From positions 64,297,218 through 64,360,037 of the forward strand of contig NC_057719.1 in NCBI RefSeq assembly GCF_004010195.1: a DNA stretch of 62,820 bases, in the 5' to 3' direction. Within the stretch, counting starts at the first letter, position 1. Every line of letters begins with the position of its first letter. This DNA comes from Chiloscyllium plagiosum. Taxonomy: Eukaryota. Shown here in pieces: positions 13,201 to 28,200 of this stretch. The notes beneath the pieces are model-generated. The model saw only the letters and a list, made by a program, of their open reading frames with translations, did not search any database and was not told where the DNA came from. The position numbers and the translations under genes were made by a program.

Positions 13201-16200
13201 CCATGCTGTACATCTCTATGACTGTATGACTCTAATAAAGACCTGAAATGCATTTTGCAACCATTTAAAATATACATTGCTTCAAAAGACACCAAAAAGG
13301 GAAAGACAGCTTGAATTTATATAGTGCCTTTATTAGGATATCACAGCACTAGGGAGGCAATGTCTCACTGGTATTATCACTGGACTGTTAATCCTAAGAC
13401 CCAGATAACATTCTGGGGACCAGGGTTTGAATCCTGCCATGGCAGATGGTGGAGTTTGAGTTCAATACATATCTGGAATTAATAATGTAGTGATTACCAT
13501 CAATCCATTGTCAATTGTCAGAAAATCTCATCTGGGTGACTAATGTCCTTCAGGGAAGGAAACTGCCATCCTTACCTGGTTTGGCCTACATGTGATTCCA
13601 GACCCACAGCAACGTGGTTGAGTTTTAACTGCCTTCTTGGTAATTCTGGGTGGGCAATAAATGCTGGCCTAGCCAGCTATGCCCTCATCCTGTGAATGAA
13701 TAAAGAAGAAAAATTCCACAGCCTGTATAACAATAGTTTAACTCTGGCACCAAATGTAACTCTCAGTAAATGCTGTTTGTTTTATTCAACCGAGTTAAGG
13801 TGCACAATGTCATTGCGAGTAGACATTTGGATTTAAAAAGAACAATATTGCTGTATTTTCCCAGGTGTAACCTGTTATCAATCCTAAAACGTTGCAAATT
13901 CTTCAAAACAAAACAAGTGGTCTCTATCAACTGTCTTGCTTTAATGTTGCCACTGCTGATTAATTATGGCATGGCAGTGTTACTGTGAATATAGCCCCAG
14001 AAAGGAAATAATTGCTTGGAAACGACTTCTCTGTCATTTTATTCTATTGTTTTGCTTCCTATCTCAAAATGTTCTTGTTTGTGTTTCACAATGTGGCAGC
14101 AAAGGACAGTTAATGGACATGCATCACTTATTAAATAGTTTCAGCAAAATATTAACTTAAGGTTACGTCCCCTCGAGCCTGACATGCTGTAGTTTACTCC
14201 CATTATTTCTAGTTAGAATGAATCTGTATGTAATAAAGAAATTAAATACTTTGAGATGTAATCAACTAGCATCCTAGAGTTGTCAACAATGTGGTTCCAC
14301 AAAGAGCAGTGGAATGTATGACCAGCTTGTTGATTGAGGGATAAGTAGTCTGTGGACACTGGGAGAATTCCCTGCTCTTTTCTCAAATGGCATTTTTAGA
14401 TTATTGGTACTCACTTGGTCCATGGGTTTAATGGGTCATCTGAAAAAACAGATATTCCTAATAATGTAGCATTCATTCCTTTTTGCTGTGTAAATGTTAA
14501 CTTACATCCACAAACATCTGACTTGAGCCATTAGATATAGGACCAGAAATAGGCTCTTCAGTACGTTGAGCCTGCTCTGTCATTCAGTGAGGTCATGGCC
14601 AATCCGATCATCCTCAACTACACTTTCCTTGCTTTTCCCATAACACTTGATTCCTTTATTTATTGAAAATCTGTCTCCCTCAATGACCCAACCTTCTCAG
14701 TCCTCTTTGAGGGAGGAAATTCCTCCTTATTTCTGTGTTATTTTGGCATTCACTTATTCTGCGATTATGTCGTTGAGTCTTGGACTCTCCCAGAAGGGGA
14801 GAAACCTTTCCACATCTACCCTATCAAGCTAAGAATCTTGCATGATTCAATAAGGTCACCTTTCATTCTTCTAAACTAAAAGGCCCAACTTAGTGCCTTC
14901 TCAAAGGAAAATCCCTCCATAACCAGGATCAGCCTAATGAACCTTCTCTGCATTGTCTGACCATTGAGCTAGCTGGTTCTCAAAAACATCGGACACAATT
15001 TGATGAAATTCTTAAATGACCTCTTCTGAGAAATAAAAATTTAATCATCTGTAAATTTCTGTGCATAATTATGTCAGTGTTTCCAAATCACTTGCTGGAG
15101 AAAGGCACTACTTTGAGCAGGGCTAAATTACTTATGACATAGACCAGGGTTCAACCTGAAGCATGTTCAGTTGGCATACCAGGCAATACACTACATGCAT
15201 TCTGAAAGTACATGCACTTGGGGACACGATTACCCTAAAGTTTCCATTCCTGGTTAGCATTTGTGATCTCTATAGAAGCCCGAGAGTTCCTTTTGCATTT
15301 ATTTATATTGTTATAAATTGTATTTTCCGGTATTTCTACATAGCAAGGGGGAAGGGAAGTGAAAGGCATGGCATTTTGAAAGCCACAATTCACCTCCTTG
15401 AAGCTTGGTTTGGAAGTTTTGCAAAAAAAAAATGCTTAGGAGGAGGAAAAAAAAATGCTTAGGAGGTGCAGTAAATGAAAATGTTAAAGGTGTTGTAATG
15501 TTTCACAGGCTCCAAGTGCTTCCTTGTGTATTGCCATCCTGAACCTGCACAGTAATAGTATGGAGTGTGGCCATCAGTTGATAGATCACTGCAGCAGACT
15601 GTCTCGCGCATTGACAAATCCAGAAGTGGATGCTTGCCTTTTAATAGATATCATAAAGCAACTTCTTTTCAGTGCTAAAATGATGTTTGTGAAAGCAGGA
15701 AGGAGCCAAGATCTGGCGCTTTGCGACAGGTGAGTAGCATTGATATTACGTTTCAAGATATGTTCTTGAGTAATAAAAGTGTGCCTTATTGATAGTTGAT
15801 GCAGTGAATCTGCAGCATGCTGTGACTTAAACACAGTTGTTCATGCATCCACTTAACAGTTGCATGGTAACAGAGAACTTGACTATTGCTGGCTGACTAG
15901 ATACGCTGTTAAAAGTTTTTCATCATGCATTCATCAGGAAAAACACAACTATAACAAATTTCACATCATCTCAGCAATTTAAACTGCAGGAGAAAGGGAT
16001 GCTGATTGATAGGTAATTCTAACTGGTTGAGGCTTTGCAATGGAGAAAAAAAAGGAGAGCTATAGGCTGTCCAAGAGCCAGAAAATTACAAGTATTGGGA
16101 TTGTTTACAATTTGGCATTCTTGCTCGTTTCCTAACGGGTAAAAGACAGAAATGTCACAGTTTTCAGCAACATTCACTTTTAGGTTTATTTTGCATATGA

Positions 16201-19200
16201 GGATATGAAGGTGCCCTCCCTTTCCCATGTGGCTCACTGAGTTAATTATGAGACATTGAATCATTTTTAACAGGGAACCCCACAACTGGATTTGTCCTCA
16301 ACAAACACAGTATTGGGAGTAATAAAAGCAGAAAATACAGGAAACATTCAGGGTGATGACCTGTCATCAGATCCTCAACTTGAAACATTTCCTGTTTCAC
16401 TATGAGTGCTGCCTCACCTGCTGAGTGTTTTCTGTTCTTATTTCGGATTTCCTGTGCTTCAGTATTTTGCTTGCATGTATTATTTGGCCACTCCCAGAAA
16501 AGCAAGACACAAAAATTGATAAGTTTTCCTTTTGATAGTTGTAGAATAGCCATTTATTGCAATATTATACGATCTCTGCTGCTGTCTGCTGCATCCTTTC
16601 CATCCTTAATCCATATCATTGCAGGCATCAAGGGAATAAGGTAAGGAGGTTGGTAGTGAATATCTTGTGTATTGGTGGTATTGAATCCTGTAACAAGCAA
16701 GCATCATAATGATTAGGTTTGTGCCCATTCTTGTCTCCTGTACTGTACTGTGCAAATGCAAATCTAACTTTTAGCATTTTGAGAATGTGGAGCACAGTAC
16801 ATTTTTCAATCCTTATACATTTGCTCCTTATCAACCCATGATATGCTCTCTGTGTTTCTAGATCAAATAGGAATCGGTTGAGTAATCAGAAACTCTGCTG
16901 ACAGTAAATGTTTCTTGTTTATGTCCAAAACCAGTGGTGGTTGTTCTGGAAATGCTTCTAAATCCAGCTTCAGCAGCATTAGTTTTCTTGAATGTACTAT
17001 GAACAAAACTTTTATTCTTGATATGGTTGAGAGTTGCAGCTCAGTTTTGTTTTAGCTTGACAGTCTTGTCTCACTTGGAAAAACAGCAAATAAGCCTTAT
17101 GGAAGCATTACTTAGCCACAGGTAAAAATCACATTCAGTTTTGCATGAAGTCTAAGTTGCATGCTGCTTACGTTTTTGACAACAAAAGATAAATATTCAC
17201 TTCAGTGATAACTGAATAAAATACAGCTGAAAGAAAAAGCTAGCGTTTGTATAATCCTTAAGCATTCTGTGATCTCAGAGTTCCATGAACAGTCAATAAT
17301 GTTTGAAGTACAGTTGCTATTGTTTCTTGATGTAATCATTGTGACTCATTTCACAACTAGTTCATTGCTCTTGCAGCATTTTGGGTAACCCTGTGAGTTG
17401 TGACAATATTTTTATTTCAGCAACGTTTTGCAGTGATGTTAATACAGGCATATTGTGAACCCCAATACACATTGATCTTTTATTGTTGTACTGCATAACA
17501 TAATCAGCTTGGAGAGTTGCAGGCAACAAGTCTCACATGTCCAGCATGGGGTCCCCAAAGAACTTGTCTGAGTTCTGGTCTATTTGCAAATGTGTTTTAA
17601 AATCTCTATAACATCTCTTTCTATGAGAATGTCTCCTGAAAGAAATAGAAATTAAACAAGACGTTCAATAAACTAATTTTTCTAGAAATATCTTTGAGAT
17701 TAATTGTTTGCTTTCTATCACTTCATACAGCTATATCAGCAAGGTGGATGTAGTGAAGATTTTAGTTGCTGCTAACTACCAGGATGTGCCTTCTCTTGAA
17801 CAAATCCTTAAGCCTGCAGCCATCACAAGACTGAGAAATAAACTTTTGGAAACTGAATACTATGCACTGGCTGTTGAGGTTTGCAAAGGCGTTTTTTTTT
17901 AAATGAAAGACTATTTTTTAGAAATACTTTTAGTATCTGACAAACATAATTGTGAAGATTTACAAGTACTTTATTGCAATGTTGTCTCCCTGTTACAAGG
18001 TTCTTGGAGTGATATTCAAAACTCCACATTTACTTATGGTGGAATCATACCACTGATCTATATTTCAACCGTGCCTTTGTTACGTTCACACTCAACATTT
18101 CTAATCACTCCTGGATGGTCTTTACATTCTAACCTCCTTAAACTTGAGGTCATCTAACCTCTGTGCCCTGGTCTTACTCAGACCAAAACTGTTCCTTATC
18201 ATCCCCATAACTCTTTGATGTGCATTAACTTCCAGTCCAGAAGTGCCTCAGTTTTAAAATTCTTGACCTTGTTTTGAAATCCTTCACCTCTATATATCTA
18301 ATATTTTTCAGGCCCACAGTCTTTCAAGATAATTGTGCTCATCTAACCCTTGCTTCTTGACTATCCTCAATTTTAGTTTTATTAAGGGTGGCTATGTCCT
18401 CAGCTACCTAGGCTTTAAGCTTTGGAAGTCTCTCTTTAAACTCCTCAAAATGTTGTTCTCTCAGTCTTACTTTAATACTCTCATTAAAAACTATATCTGA
18501 CCAACCATCTGGTTGTTTTGCTGTAATATTGCCGATTGTGTTAAATGTGGATTTATAATGTTATTGTGGAAAAAGTGGATCATTTTGTTATATTAAAGAT
18601 GAAATATGAATATAAATTACAGGCAAGCATCGGGATTTTACACACACCAAATTTTCAAAAATGACAGTGAGACAAATGACTAAATAATCTCGTGGGTATT
18701 GGTTGGAGAGCTCTTAATCCAATATTGGCGCTCACAATCTTCTCCCAAGCGTCCCATTGGGTATGTCCATCTGAGCAGCTTGATAGACCTTTGCTGTCGT
18801 ATGATGCAGAATACTGTATCTCTGACAACTGCACTTCCTCAGTAATGTACTAAACTGTCAAATGATCTTCTGCATCATGACAGTTCTGTGATTCATTTTA
18901 GATTGTGTCATTAATTCCAGTTCTAAGGCTTGAGTCCACAATATTCTGACTCTAAATTAAGCATCTTGAAAAGTGGACCAACCTCTTGATAGTAGAGGTG
19001 TAATTTTTGGAAAGTGTCAATTCAGCTTCTGAACTAACTTTTTTTACTCGGTCCAGAGTACTGATAATTCCCATTGTTCAATTTCTATTGGACATTTCTA
19101 TTGTGATGCTAACTTTTTTCAATTTTTAGGTCTCTACTAAGGGTCTACTGGACCCGAGTGGAGTCTGGCATGCTTGGGGGTTAGCCTGCCTCAAAGTGGG

Positions 19201-22200
19201 AAACCTATCTGCATCTCGGGAGAAATTCAGTCGCTGCTTAAAGCCACCATTTGACCGAAATCAACTATCTCTTGGTCCTCCACTTTTGCAAGAAATAATG
19301 CAGCACCTGGAAACTTCTGTTAAACCAGTCTCGCCAGTGGTAATGAGCTTTAATCTTTCATTAATTTCTGAAAATGTTAAATTTGGTAATGCTCAAGTTA
19401 AGTTATTGTGAATGATTGATTTTTCTTTGACATGGTTGGGCCGAAGGGCCTGTTTCCACACTGTAGGAAATCTAAATTCTAAAATTATCTCCTGAGACTT
19501 ACAGGTGTTGCATGTCAGTTGTTTATCTTTATAAAATGGTTTCAGTTCCAATCTTGAGTATAAATAGCATTATCTGAAGTGGCAGTATGTCATCAAAGTG
19601 CATTTCTGTAATGCAAAATTTGAATGAGACTCACTAGGGCCATCAGTAGACTTTGGACATAATTCAGGAGGATTCTTTTGTCAGGAGTCTTCACAGCATA
19701 TTTACTTTCATTAATTAATTTAAAGCAGGATGAAAAATGAAAATGGAGCATAGAGGCACAAAGTAGAAATAAGTATTTTAAAAGCTGAAACTTGCTGGAA
19801 CACATCAGAACAAGATTTTGTTTCTGGTGCTGTGTTCTGAAATAAATTTTCCTTTTACAAGCTAAACTGTTAATCAAAAATGCTTTTTCTCTGATTAACA
19901 TTTTTTTTTTGTAATTTGGGTATTGGCTAAAAGTGATGTTGAAGAGAAGCAACATTGTGCTTAGTTGTAGAATTTTTAAAATTCAAGGTACCTGAGCAGC
20001 TTTTCTGCAAAAGTTTGAATAAGAAACAGTTTGGAACGATTCAGCTAACTTGCCATGCCTAGCAAGAATTGAATAAGGTAAAGGTACTTGGGAGAGGATT
20101 TCTTTCCTCTAAACCTTTGCACAAATGGTGGTGAATGCCTGGAACACATTGCGACAGGAAGTGGTGGAAGCAGATAAAATAGGAGCATTCAAGAAGCACC
20201 TGGACGAATACATGAATAGGAAGAGAATAGAGGGATCTGGATCCCATAAGTGAAGGTAGTTTTAATATGGAAGGGCAAAATATGTTGTCGCAGGCTTGTA
20301 GGGCTGAAGGACCTGTTCCTGTGTTGTATTGTTCTTTGTTCTTATGTGCTAGCCTTCAGGCAGCAATTGCCAACCATAAGCACATGTTTCTTATGTCTTC
20401 AATAGAGAGAAAATCTCAGTAAATAAGGAAACTATTTGAAGAAGTGGAAATGGGCAATTTAGACATGACAGTTATAGATATCTACTGTCACCTGTGTTGC
20501 TGGCAAAGTAAAGATAATGGGAATAAGCGTTCTCTTGGGTTTGAGATGGTGTTCAGATTTGAACCCATTTTGAGAATTGAATGTAAAAGGTTAATGTTCC
20601 TGTTCCTTCAGTTGCATAACTGTTAAACCTTCCACGGCTGGTGCAATTGGTTGGCTTTTCTAGTTGAATTCTTTTACCAGGAATTTAAAAATAATCTTAA
20701 TATATTGAAGCTCAGGAACCTAATGCAGTTTTGTCAATACCAGTGAAAATGTTTTATCATTAAAAAGGTGCACTATTAGTAAGAGTGACTAATAGCTGAA
20801 AATGACACAAAACAGAGCCTATTTACCTAATGTGCTCTAGTGAGTTATTTAGTAACTGAAGTATTTTTAAAAATAATTACTATTAAAAGGTTTGTTTTTT
20901 TAAGAACAGTTTAATCTTTAGATGTTGCTCTGGTTACAAATGGACACAATCATCCAAAACTTGCCCTATTCATTAAATAAATCAGGGTCTATGGACAGTT
21001 ACAGACTGTTTCCTGCATAACATTTTAATGCAACCTTATAGGGTTTGAGGAAACTTGATTTGTGAAGAATGTAATCTGAGTTTAAAATTTCTGATCATTC
21101 ACCCTAGATTGGGCAACTACTTTGGACAAATTGTGTAGAAGTGGAACTCTATTAAGTTGCAGTGATGATGACATTTGTTTCTATTTGTGATTAAACAGCA
21201 GGATGATGACATTCTTGCCTCACTGAGAGAATTGGAGACGGTTCTGAAGGGTGACGGTACAGGTTTTGAAGTCACGGGAGATGGAAAGATCAAACAAAAG
21301 GTCTTTTACCAAGAGTGCTTGTACTACTTGCAAACATATGGCACTAATTTGGCCATTATTAGTTTTTATATGGGACACAACTGCATGAGAGAAGCTTTGC
21401 AGCACCTGCTAGATAAGGTAAGACATTGATATTGCTAAAATTAGATATGCTTTCCTAAACAACAGTGCTTACATGCCATATAAAATTACTTTGATTAGTA
21501 ATGTGCAATGATGATATACTCTGGATATAGATGATGTGGATTCAGCTGTTTGATTTCCTAATTAAGGCCAAAGGCAGAATGCAAGCACCGCTTGACTTCC
21601 TGGCTGAGGAATATGAGAAGACACATCAGGAGGAGATTTAACATTGTCATTTAGCATCATGTTATTTAGAATTCTACAGATAACTCTTTCTTACATCAAT
21701 TCTTTGGTGTAATCTGGCCAAACAGCTTCCAAATTTGTTTTCCTGAATCTCAACATTACAGTGTTTGTTGGGTAATTTTGAATTAGTGGTTATAACTAGA
21801 AGGAAGGTAGTTACAAATTCAGAGAGCAATTAAGGTTGATTTGGAATCAATTGTAGACCAAACAAGGTAAATATGGCAAACTTTCTTCCCTAAAGGATAT
21901 TAGTAAATGAGAGGTTTTAAACCCATAAGTGGATCTTGAGGAAATCAGGAGCCATATTTGACATGAAGGACTGTAAAGTTGAACAATATCTCTTGTTTTT
22001 CTGGTGACCGACCTATTGACGTGACCACTCAACACACTGTCTGCAATATGTGGATAGGATTATCTGAAGTAAAATGGGACAAGGCTTGTGTGGAGCATGG
22101 TATTGACTATTTGGACCAAATGACTTGCTCCTGTGGTCTTGATTACTGAAAACCTGTTTTTCCCTACTTGATAGGTAGAAAGTTGGAAATCTGAATTAAA

Positions 22201-25200
22201 AAGAATATTCTGCATCAAAACAGCAGGTCATTAATAATCTGAGAGGTGACTGGGTTGGGGAGGGGCGAGTTTCAGGTTCATCTGATTTGAACTGTCTTAG
22301 ATACATAGCAGCTTTGTGTTTTTCACCCAAAATTCACTGTTTTTAACTTAGCTCTGATCAAGCACAGACTTATGTTTTGGATCTAAGCAAAACACTGTGG
22401 ATGTGGAGATCAAAAATAAGAATATAAAGTGCTGGGTAAACTCAGCAGATATGGCAGCATTTTTGGAGGAAGAAACAGAATTACTGTTTAAAGTTCAGTA
22501 GAACTACATTGAAGCATAGTTCATGTTGACTCTGTTTTTCTCTCCACTGATGCTACTTCCAGACCTGCTGAGTTTCTCCAGTTGCTGTTTCCATTTCTTA
22601 CATTTTGGTTGGTGTGTGCTTCTTACTTTTCAGGCTTGCCCTGAAGAGGTGTTCATGCAAGGGATTTTCAAACCAAGTTACGAAAGTGGCAGACTGCATG
22701 CTTTGGAAAACTTAATGGAACACATGGATCCAAGCCTGGAAAAATGGAGTTGCTATTTGATTGCATCTTGCAAACATTTACAAATGAGGGGTTTTTTCAA
22801 TATTCTGTATGATCTGCAGCAATTTATGAAGGTAATTGTAATTTTTGACTTGTGTGATGGGTCCTTTTTAGATGGGTTTTAATGGTAAATGGAGCAATGT
22901 CACGTGTGATGTGTTCATTTCAGGACCACATGCGAGCAGCCATGACGTGCATCAGGTTTTTCAGCCACAAAGCAGACTCCTATAGGGAACTCGGAGCCAA
23001 TCAAGGTTGGCTGACAGAAGCCAAAGGTCACCTGAAAACATACTTGCAGGAAGTGTCCCAACGCAGTTCGTCGAGAAAGAAAGTTACCAGTTCTTTTCGC
23101 AAGCAAATGTCTGCGGCAGATGTGTCAAGGTAGATTTTTTTTAAGGAAAATTCCTTCTTGCAATTTTTGTGTAACAGTGAGGCAGCATTTGTTGCCCATC
23201 CTTAATTGACCTGGAGAAGGTGAGGTAAGTTACATTTTGGAAGCTGCAATCTCACCTTTTTGTAACAGTTTGGTAAAACTGAATGGCTTGCTGACCCATT
23301 TCAGAGAACGGTTCAGAGTTGACCACATGGCTGTAGGTCTGGAAACTAATACAGACCAGCTTAGGTAAGGTTCTTCTGTAAAGAACATTAATGAACCTGG
23401 TGTTTTTTTTTTACAACACTCAGTAGTAGTTTCTTGGTCACCATTCCTGAGGCTAGCTTTCTATTACTAATGAATTCAATTTAATGAATTTGCTAATGAA
23501 TTCAATTTAAATTCCAGCATCTCTTGTGGTGGAACTTTACCACCTGATAGTCTGGATTGCTAGTCCAGTAACATGGACCACAGTGTCACTGTCATCTTCA
23601 AATGAAAAAACAATCCAGAGGACTAATAATTTGATATTAGAAATTTGAAGATGCACATTGAAACTCCCACATAATTAGTTTCTCACTGTCTTATGTACAC
23701 GCACATACCTACCCATTCTTCTCTTTTTCTCTCTCTTTCTCTCGCTCCCCTCCTACTCTGAGACCTACCCACTCCAACTTATAGACACCTATTTACACCC
23801 CTACCCACGCAAATAAACATATAACTCCTATTCTGTCAACACTAAAGAATAGGTTTAATTTTCTTGTATTTAGGAGAGTAAATGCAACTTATGCAAAGCT
23901 AGCAATGATTTCTCCTTAATGAATAAAGCAAGAAGTAGCTGCTAATTATGGCAGAGGCACCAATATCAAACAAGCTTTTTTCAATTTTCAAGAAATATCA
24001 GTTCTCAAAATCCTGAACATTCTTGCAAGACATCATACTGGCTTTAATAATCCAGCAATCAGTAGCTATAATTACTTATTGCAATTTTTTGAAGTTTTCT
24101 ATTCTTCTTAGAGGAAAGAAAAATTATGGTTGCGTGTGAATTAGATCACCTATTTCTGAACAATTAATGCAGCATTTACTCTGTAATATCATTCTGAAGA
24201 GGAAATTATAATGTACGCACCATTTGTTGTCTGCAGAATAATAAAAAAAAATCCGCCCTCCTGAAATCTCTCTCTGCTAGAAAAAGCTTTGTTCAATATT
24301 TGTAAAGTTATCACCCCAGGAGTAAGGCACTAAGCAGCAGGGACAATGGTCCTAATTATTATGAAGAAATTCCCTGTCTATCATTTATGGAATCTCTGTC
24401 ACCACAAACATGGCTCAAGTCCAAGATGGTGGAACTAGACATTATCATAGAACATGACAGTGCAGTACAGGCCCTTCGGCCCTCGATGTTGCGCCGCCCT
24501 GTCATACTAATCTGAAGCCCATCCCACCTATATTATTCCATGTACGTCCTTATGCCTGTCCAATGACAACTTAAATGCACTTAAACTTGGCGAATCCACT
24601 ACCGTTGCAGGCAAAGCATTCCATACCCTTACTACTCTCTGAGTAAAGAAACTACCTCTGACATCTGTCTTATATCTATCCCCCCTCACTTTAAAGTTGT
24701 GTCCCCTCGTGTTTGCTGTCCCCATACTTGGAAAAAGGATCTCCCTATCCACCAAATCTAACCCTCTGATTATCTTATATGTCTCTATTAAGTCACCTCT
24801 CAACCTTCTCTCTAACGAGAACAGCCTCAAGGCCCTCAACCTTTCCTCGTAAGACATTCCTTCCATACCAGGCAACATTCTAGTAAATCTCCTCTACACC
24901 CTTTCCAAAGCTTCCACATCCTTCTTATAATGCGGTGACCAGACGTACCAGAGCTTTGTACAGCTGCAGCATAACCTCCTGGTTCCGGAACTCAATCCCT
25001 CTATTAAGAAAGGCCAAGACACTCTATGCCTTCTGAACGACCCTGTCAATCTGGGTGGCAACTTTCAGGGATCTGTGTACATGGACACCGAGATCTCTCT
25101 GCTCATCTGCACTCCCAAGAATCTTACTATTAGCCCAGAACTTTGCATTCCGATTACTCCGTCCAAAGTGTATCACCTCACATTTGTCCACATTAAACTT

Positions 25201-28200
25201 CATTTGTCACCTCTCAGCCCAGCTCTGCATCCATATCTATGTCTCTCTGCAACCTCCCACATCCTTCGTCACTGTCCACAACTTCACTGACCTTAGTGTC
25301 ATCTGCAAATTTACTAACCCACCCTTCTAAGCCCTCAGCCAGGTCATTTATAAAAATGACGAACAGCAGTGGACCCTTGTGGTATGCCGCTAGTAACTGG
25401 ACTCCAAGATGAACATGTTCCATCAACTAAAACCCTCTGTTTTCTTTCAGCAAGCCAATTACTCATCCAAACTGCAATGTCTCCCACAATCCCATTTCTC
25501 CGCATTTTGTATAATAGTCTACTGTGGGGAACCTTATCAAACGCCTTGCTCAAATCCATATACACCACATCAACCGGTTTACTCCCATCTACCTGTTTGG
25601 TCACTTTGTCAAAAAACTCAATAAGATTCGTTAGGCACGACCTACCCTTCACAAAACCGTGCTGACTGTCCCTGATCAGATTATTCTTTTCTAGATGGTT
25701 ATCAATCCTATCTCTTTATAACCTTTTCCAACACTTTACCAACAACTGAAGTGAGACTCACTGGCCTGTAATTACTGGGGTTGTCTCTACTACCGTTTTT
25801 GAACAAGGGAACCACATTTGCTATCCTCCAGTCCTCAGGCACTATTCCTGTAGACAATGATGATTTGAAGATCAATGTTAAAGGCTGGGCAATCTCTTCC
25901 CTTGCTTCCCAGAGGATCCTAGGATAAGATCCCATCCGGCCCAGGGAACTTGTCTATTTTCACACTCTGCAGTATTTCTAATACCTCTTCCTTGTGAACC
26001 CCAATCTCTTCTAGTCTAGATGTAAGTATCTCTGTATCTTCCTCGCCAACATTTTCAGTTTCATCTTAAAATAATTAAGATTGGGCAATAATTATAGCAT
26101 TAATAGCATCACCTACCTTCTGAGAACAAATTTGCAAAAGGTTTTGATCAGTTCAACTGGCAACACAAAGGTTTTAATTTGGTCATCAATTTTTCACCCT
26201 TATAATTAAGCATATATTTAAAGAGAGGGTCACATGTTCCTTTCTTTGCTATTTGGATGTACTTGTTTATAGTGGAGTTGAGGTGGTGGAAAGAGAACAA
26301 ATGCATGTTTTCTTCATGTCATCATAGAACTCAGTAGTATACCAGTTCTATAAAGTAAAGGAATTACGGGCGGCACGGTGGCACAGCGGTTAGCACTGCT
26401 GCCTCAGGCAACTGTCTGTGTGGAGTTTGCACATTCTCCCCGTGTCTGCGTGGGTTTCCTCCGGGTGCTCTGGTTTCCTCCCACAGTCCAAACGTGTGCA
26501 GGTTAGGTGAATTGGCCATGCTAAATTGCTCATAGTGTTAGGTGAAGGGGTAAATGTAGGGGAATGGGTCTGGGTGGGTTGCTCTTCGGAGGGTCAGTGT
26601 GGACTTGTTGAGCCGAAGGGCCTGTTTCCACACTAAGTAATCTAGAAAAGAATTCTGGGAGTTTGAATTGTATTTTAAGTGTCCATGTAATGCACAAACC
26701 AAAATAAGCCAGTAAACCAGACATAACTCCAGAGCTAGGTGTTATTTGTATTTTGAACTTTTAATTAGTAGAGCCGTTTTGTAGGTACATGAATACGATT
26801 GAGCTGCAGATTGAAGTAACCAAATTCTTGCATCGTTGTGAAAACTCGGGGACTTCAAAGAGTTGTGGACCCCCTGCCAGTCTCTTTGGGAATGCCAAAA
26901 TGAAGATGGAAGTTGCTTGCAAGGTGCGTTATCTTGATACAGTGTGTTTTGAAGCATTATTCACAGAAGCACATTGTATTGATTTAGTTATCAATTAAAT
27001 GATGCTGGTATTCATGTTCTGTCCTGCAGGTTCTCCTTGGTGGCAAAAATATTGAAGAAGGCTTTGGAATATCTTTCAGAGTTATTCAGGTAATGAAAAA
27101 GCTTTTTTCCCCACACATCATTTTGGAGCATTCTGCAATGAGTTCAGGAATTCAACGTCATAACTTGTGTCCCCATTTTGTTTTGTTTATCTTTGCTCAT
27201 TTGACATTTTGCCTCTGTTTCTGTCACATATTCTTGGCTTTTGGAAGGCAGCTATTCAGGATCCTACAATTCATATCTCCTGTATGTTGTATGAGCAATC
27301 CTCATCACTGATCACTACATTGTATGAGGCTGTCTAGACTATTGCTCACAGTAGAGTAGGTTTGCTGCCACCATCCTGTTTTAGAGTAGGGATCTACATG
27401 GTATGGTGTGATAGAGAGAAAATAAAAGCACCTTACTGATCTAATGAGAAGAAGCTCTTGTCTTAAACAAGTATGTTAACAACGAAGTACAAGTTATACT
27501 GATGCAGAGTCTGAGGAAGCTGTGTGGTAGATCTTTGTTTTGAGATGCTAAGTTGTTCCCTATCGTAATGGAAAGTGCTCAGGCTGGTTCATTAACTCTT
27601 TCAGATCAATGCATCTTTTGCTACTTTGCTTGTCTCATTGCCAATCCCTATGGTCTTCTGTTCTTTTTCTGTCTTTGTAGATACTGCCAGGTTTCCTGTG
27701 TATGTTGAACATTTTCTGTTTGCATCTCAGATGTCAGGCAGATTATTTTGCTTTTGTCATAGCTCCCTTGATGTCCTGAGCTCTCTGGCTCTGAATGTTT
27801 CAGCTTTGACCCCTATTCTTTGAGTTGCTTGATCTAATCTCAGCAGTGCAGATGATAGATTGCTGCAGTTAGTCCTCATTGAAGAATGAGATAAAGTGGA
27901 GTTTTTCTGGCACAACTACGAGTCTAGATCAACATTTAAACAATCTGCCCCCGGGGTGAAATTGCTGGAAGCTAAGACACCTTATCTCAGTATGGAGCAA
28001 TGCTTTTAGCAGTGGAGTACAGGTCATTCTGCTATAACACACGTTTTGTTAATGCAAATTCACTATAACACAATTGACAAATTGGGGACACTGTTTCAAA
28101 TCACTAACTTTTAAAACATGTATTGATTATAATGCAGTTCTGGCCCCAATAGTTTAAATGGTGCTGCTATTACATGACTTTCTTATAACACAGCGTTGCA

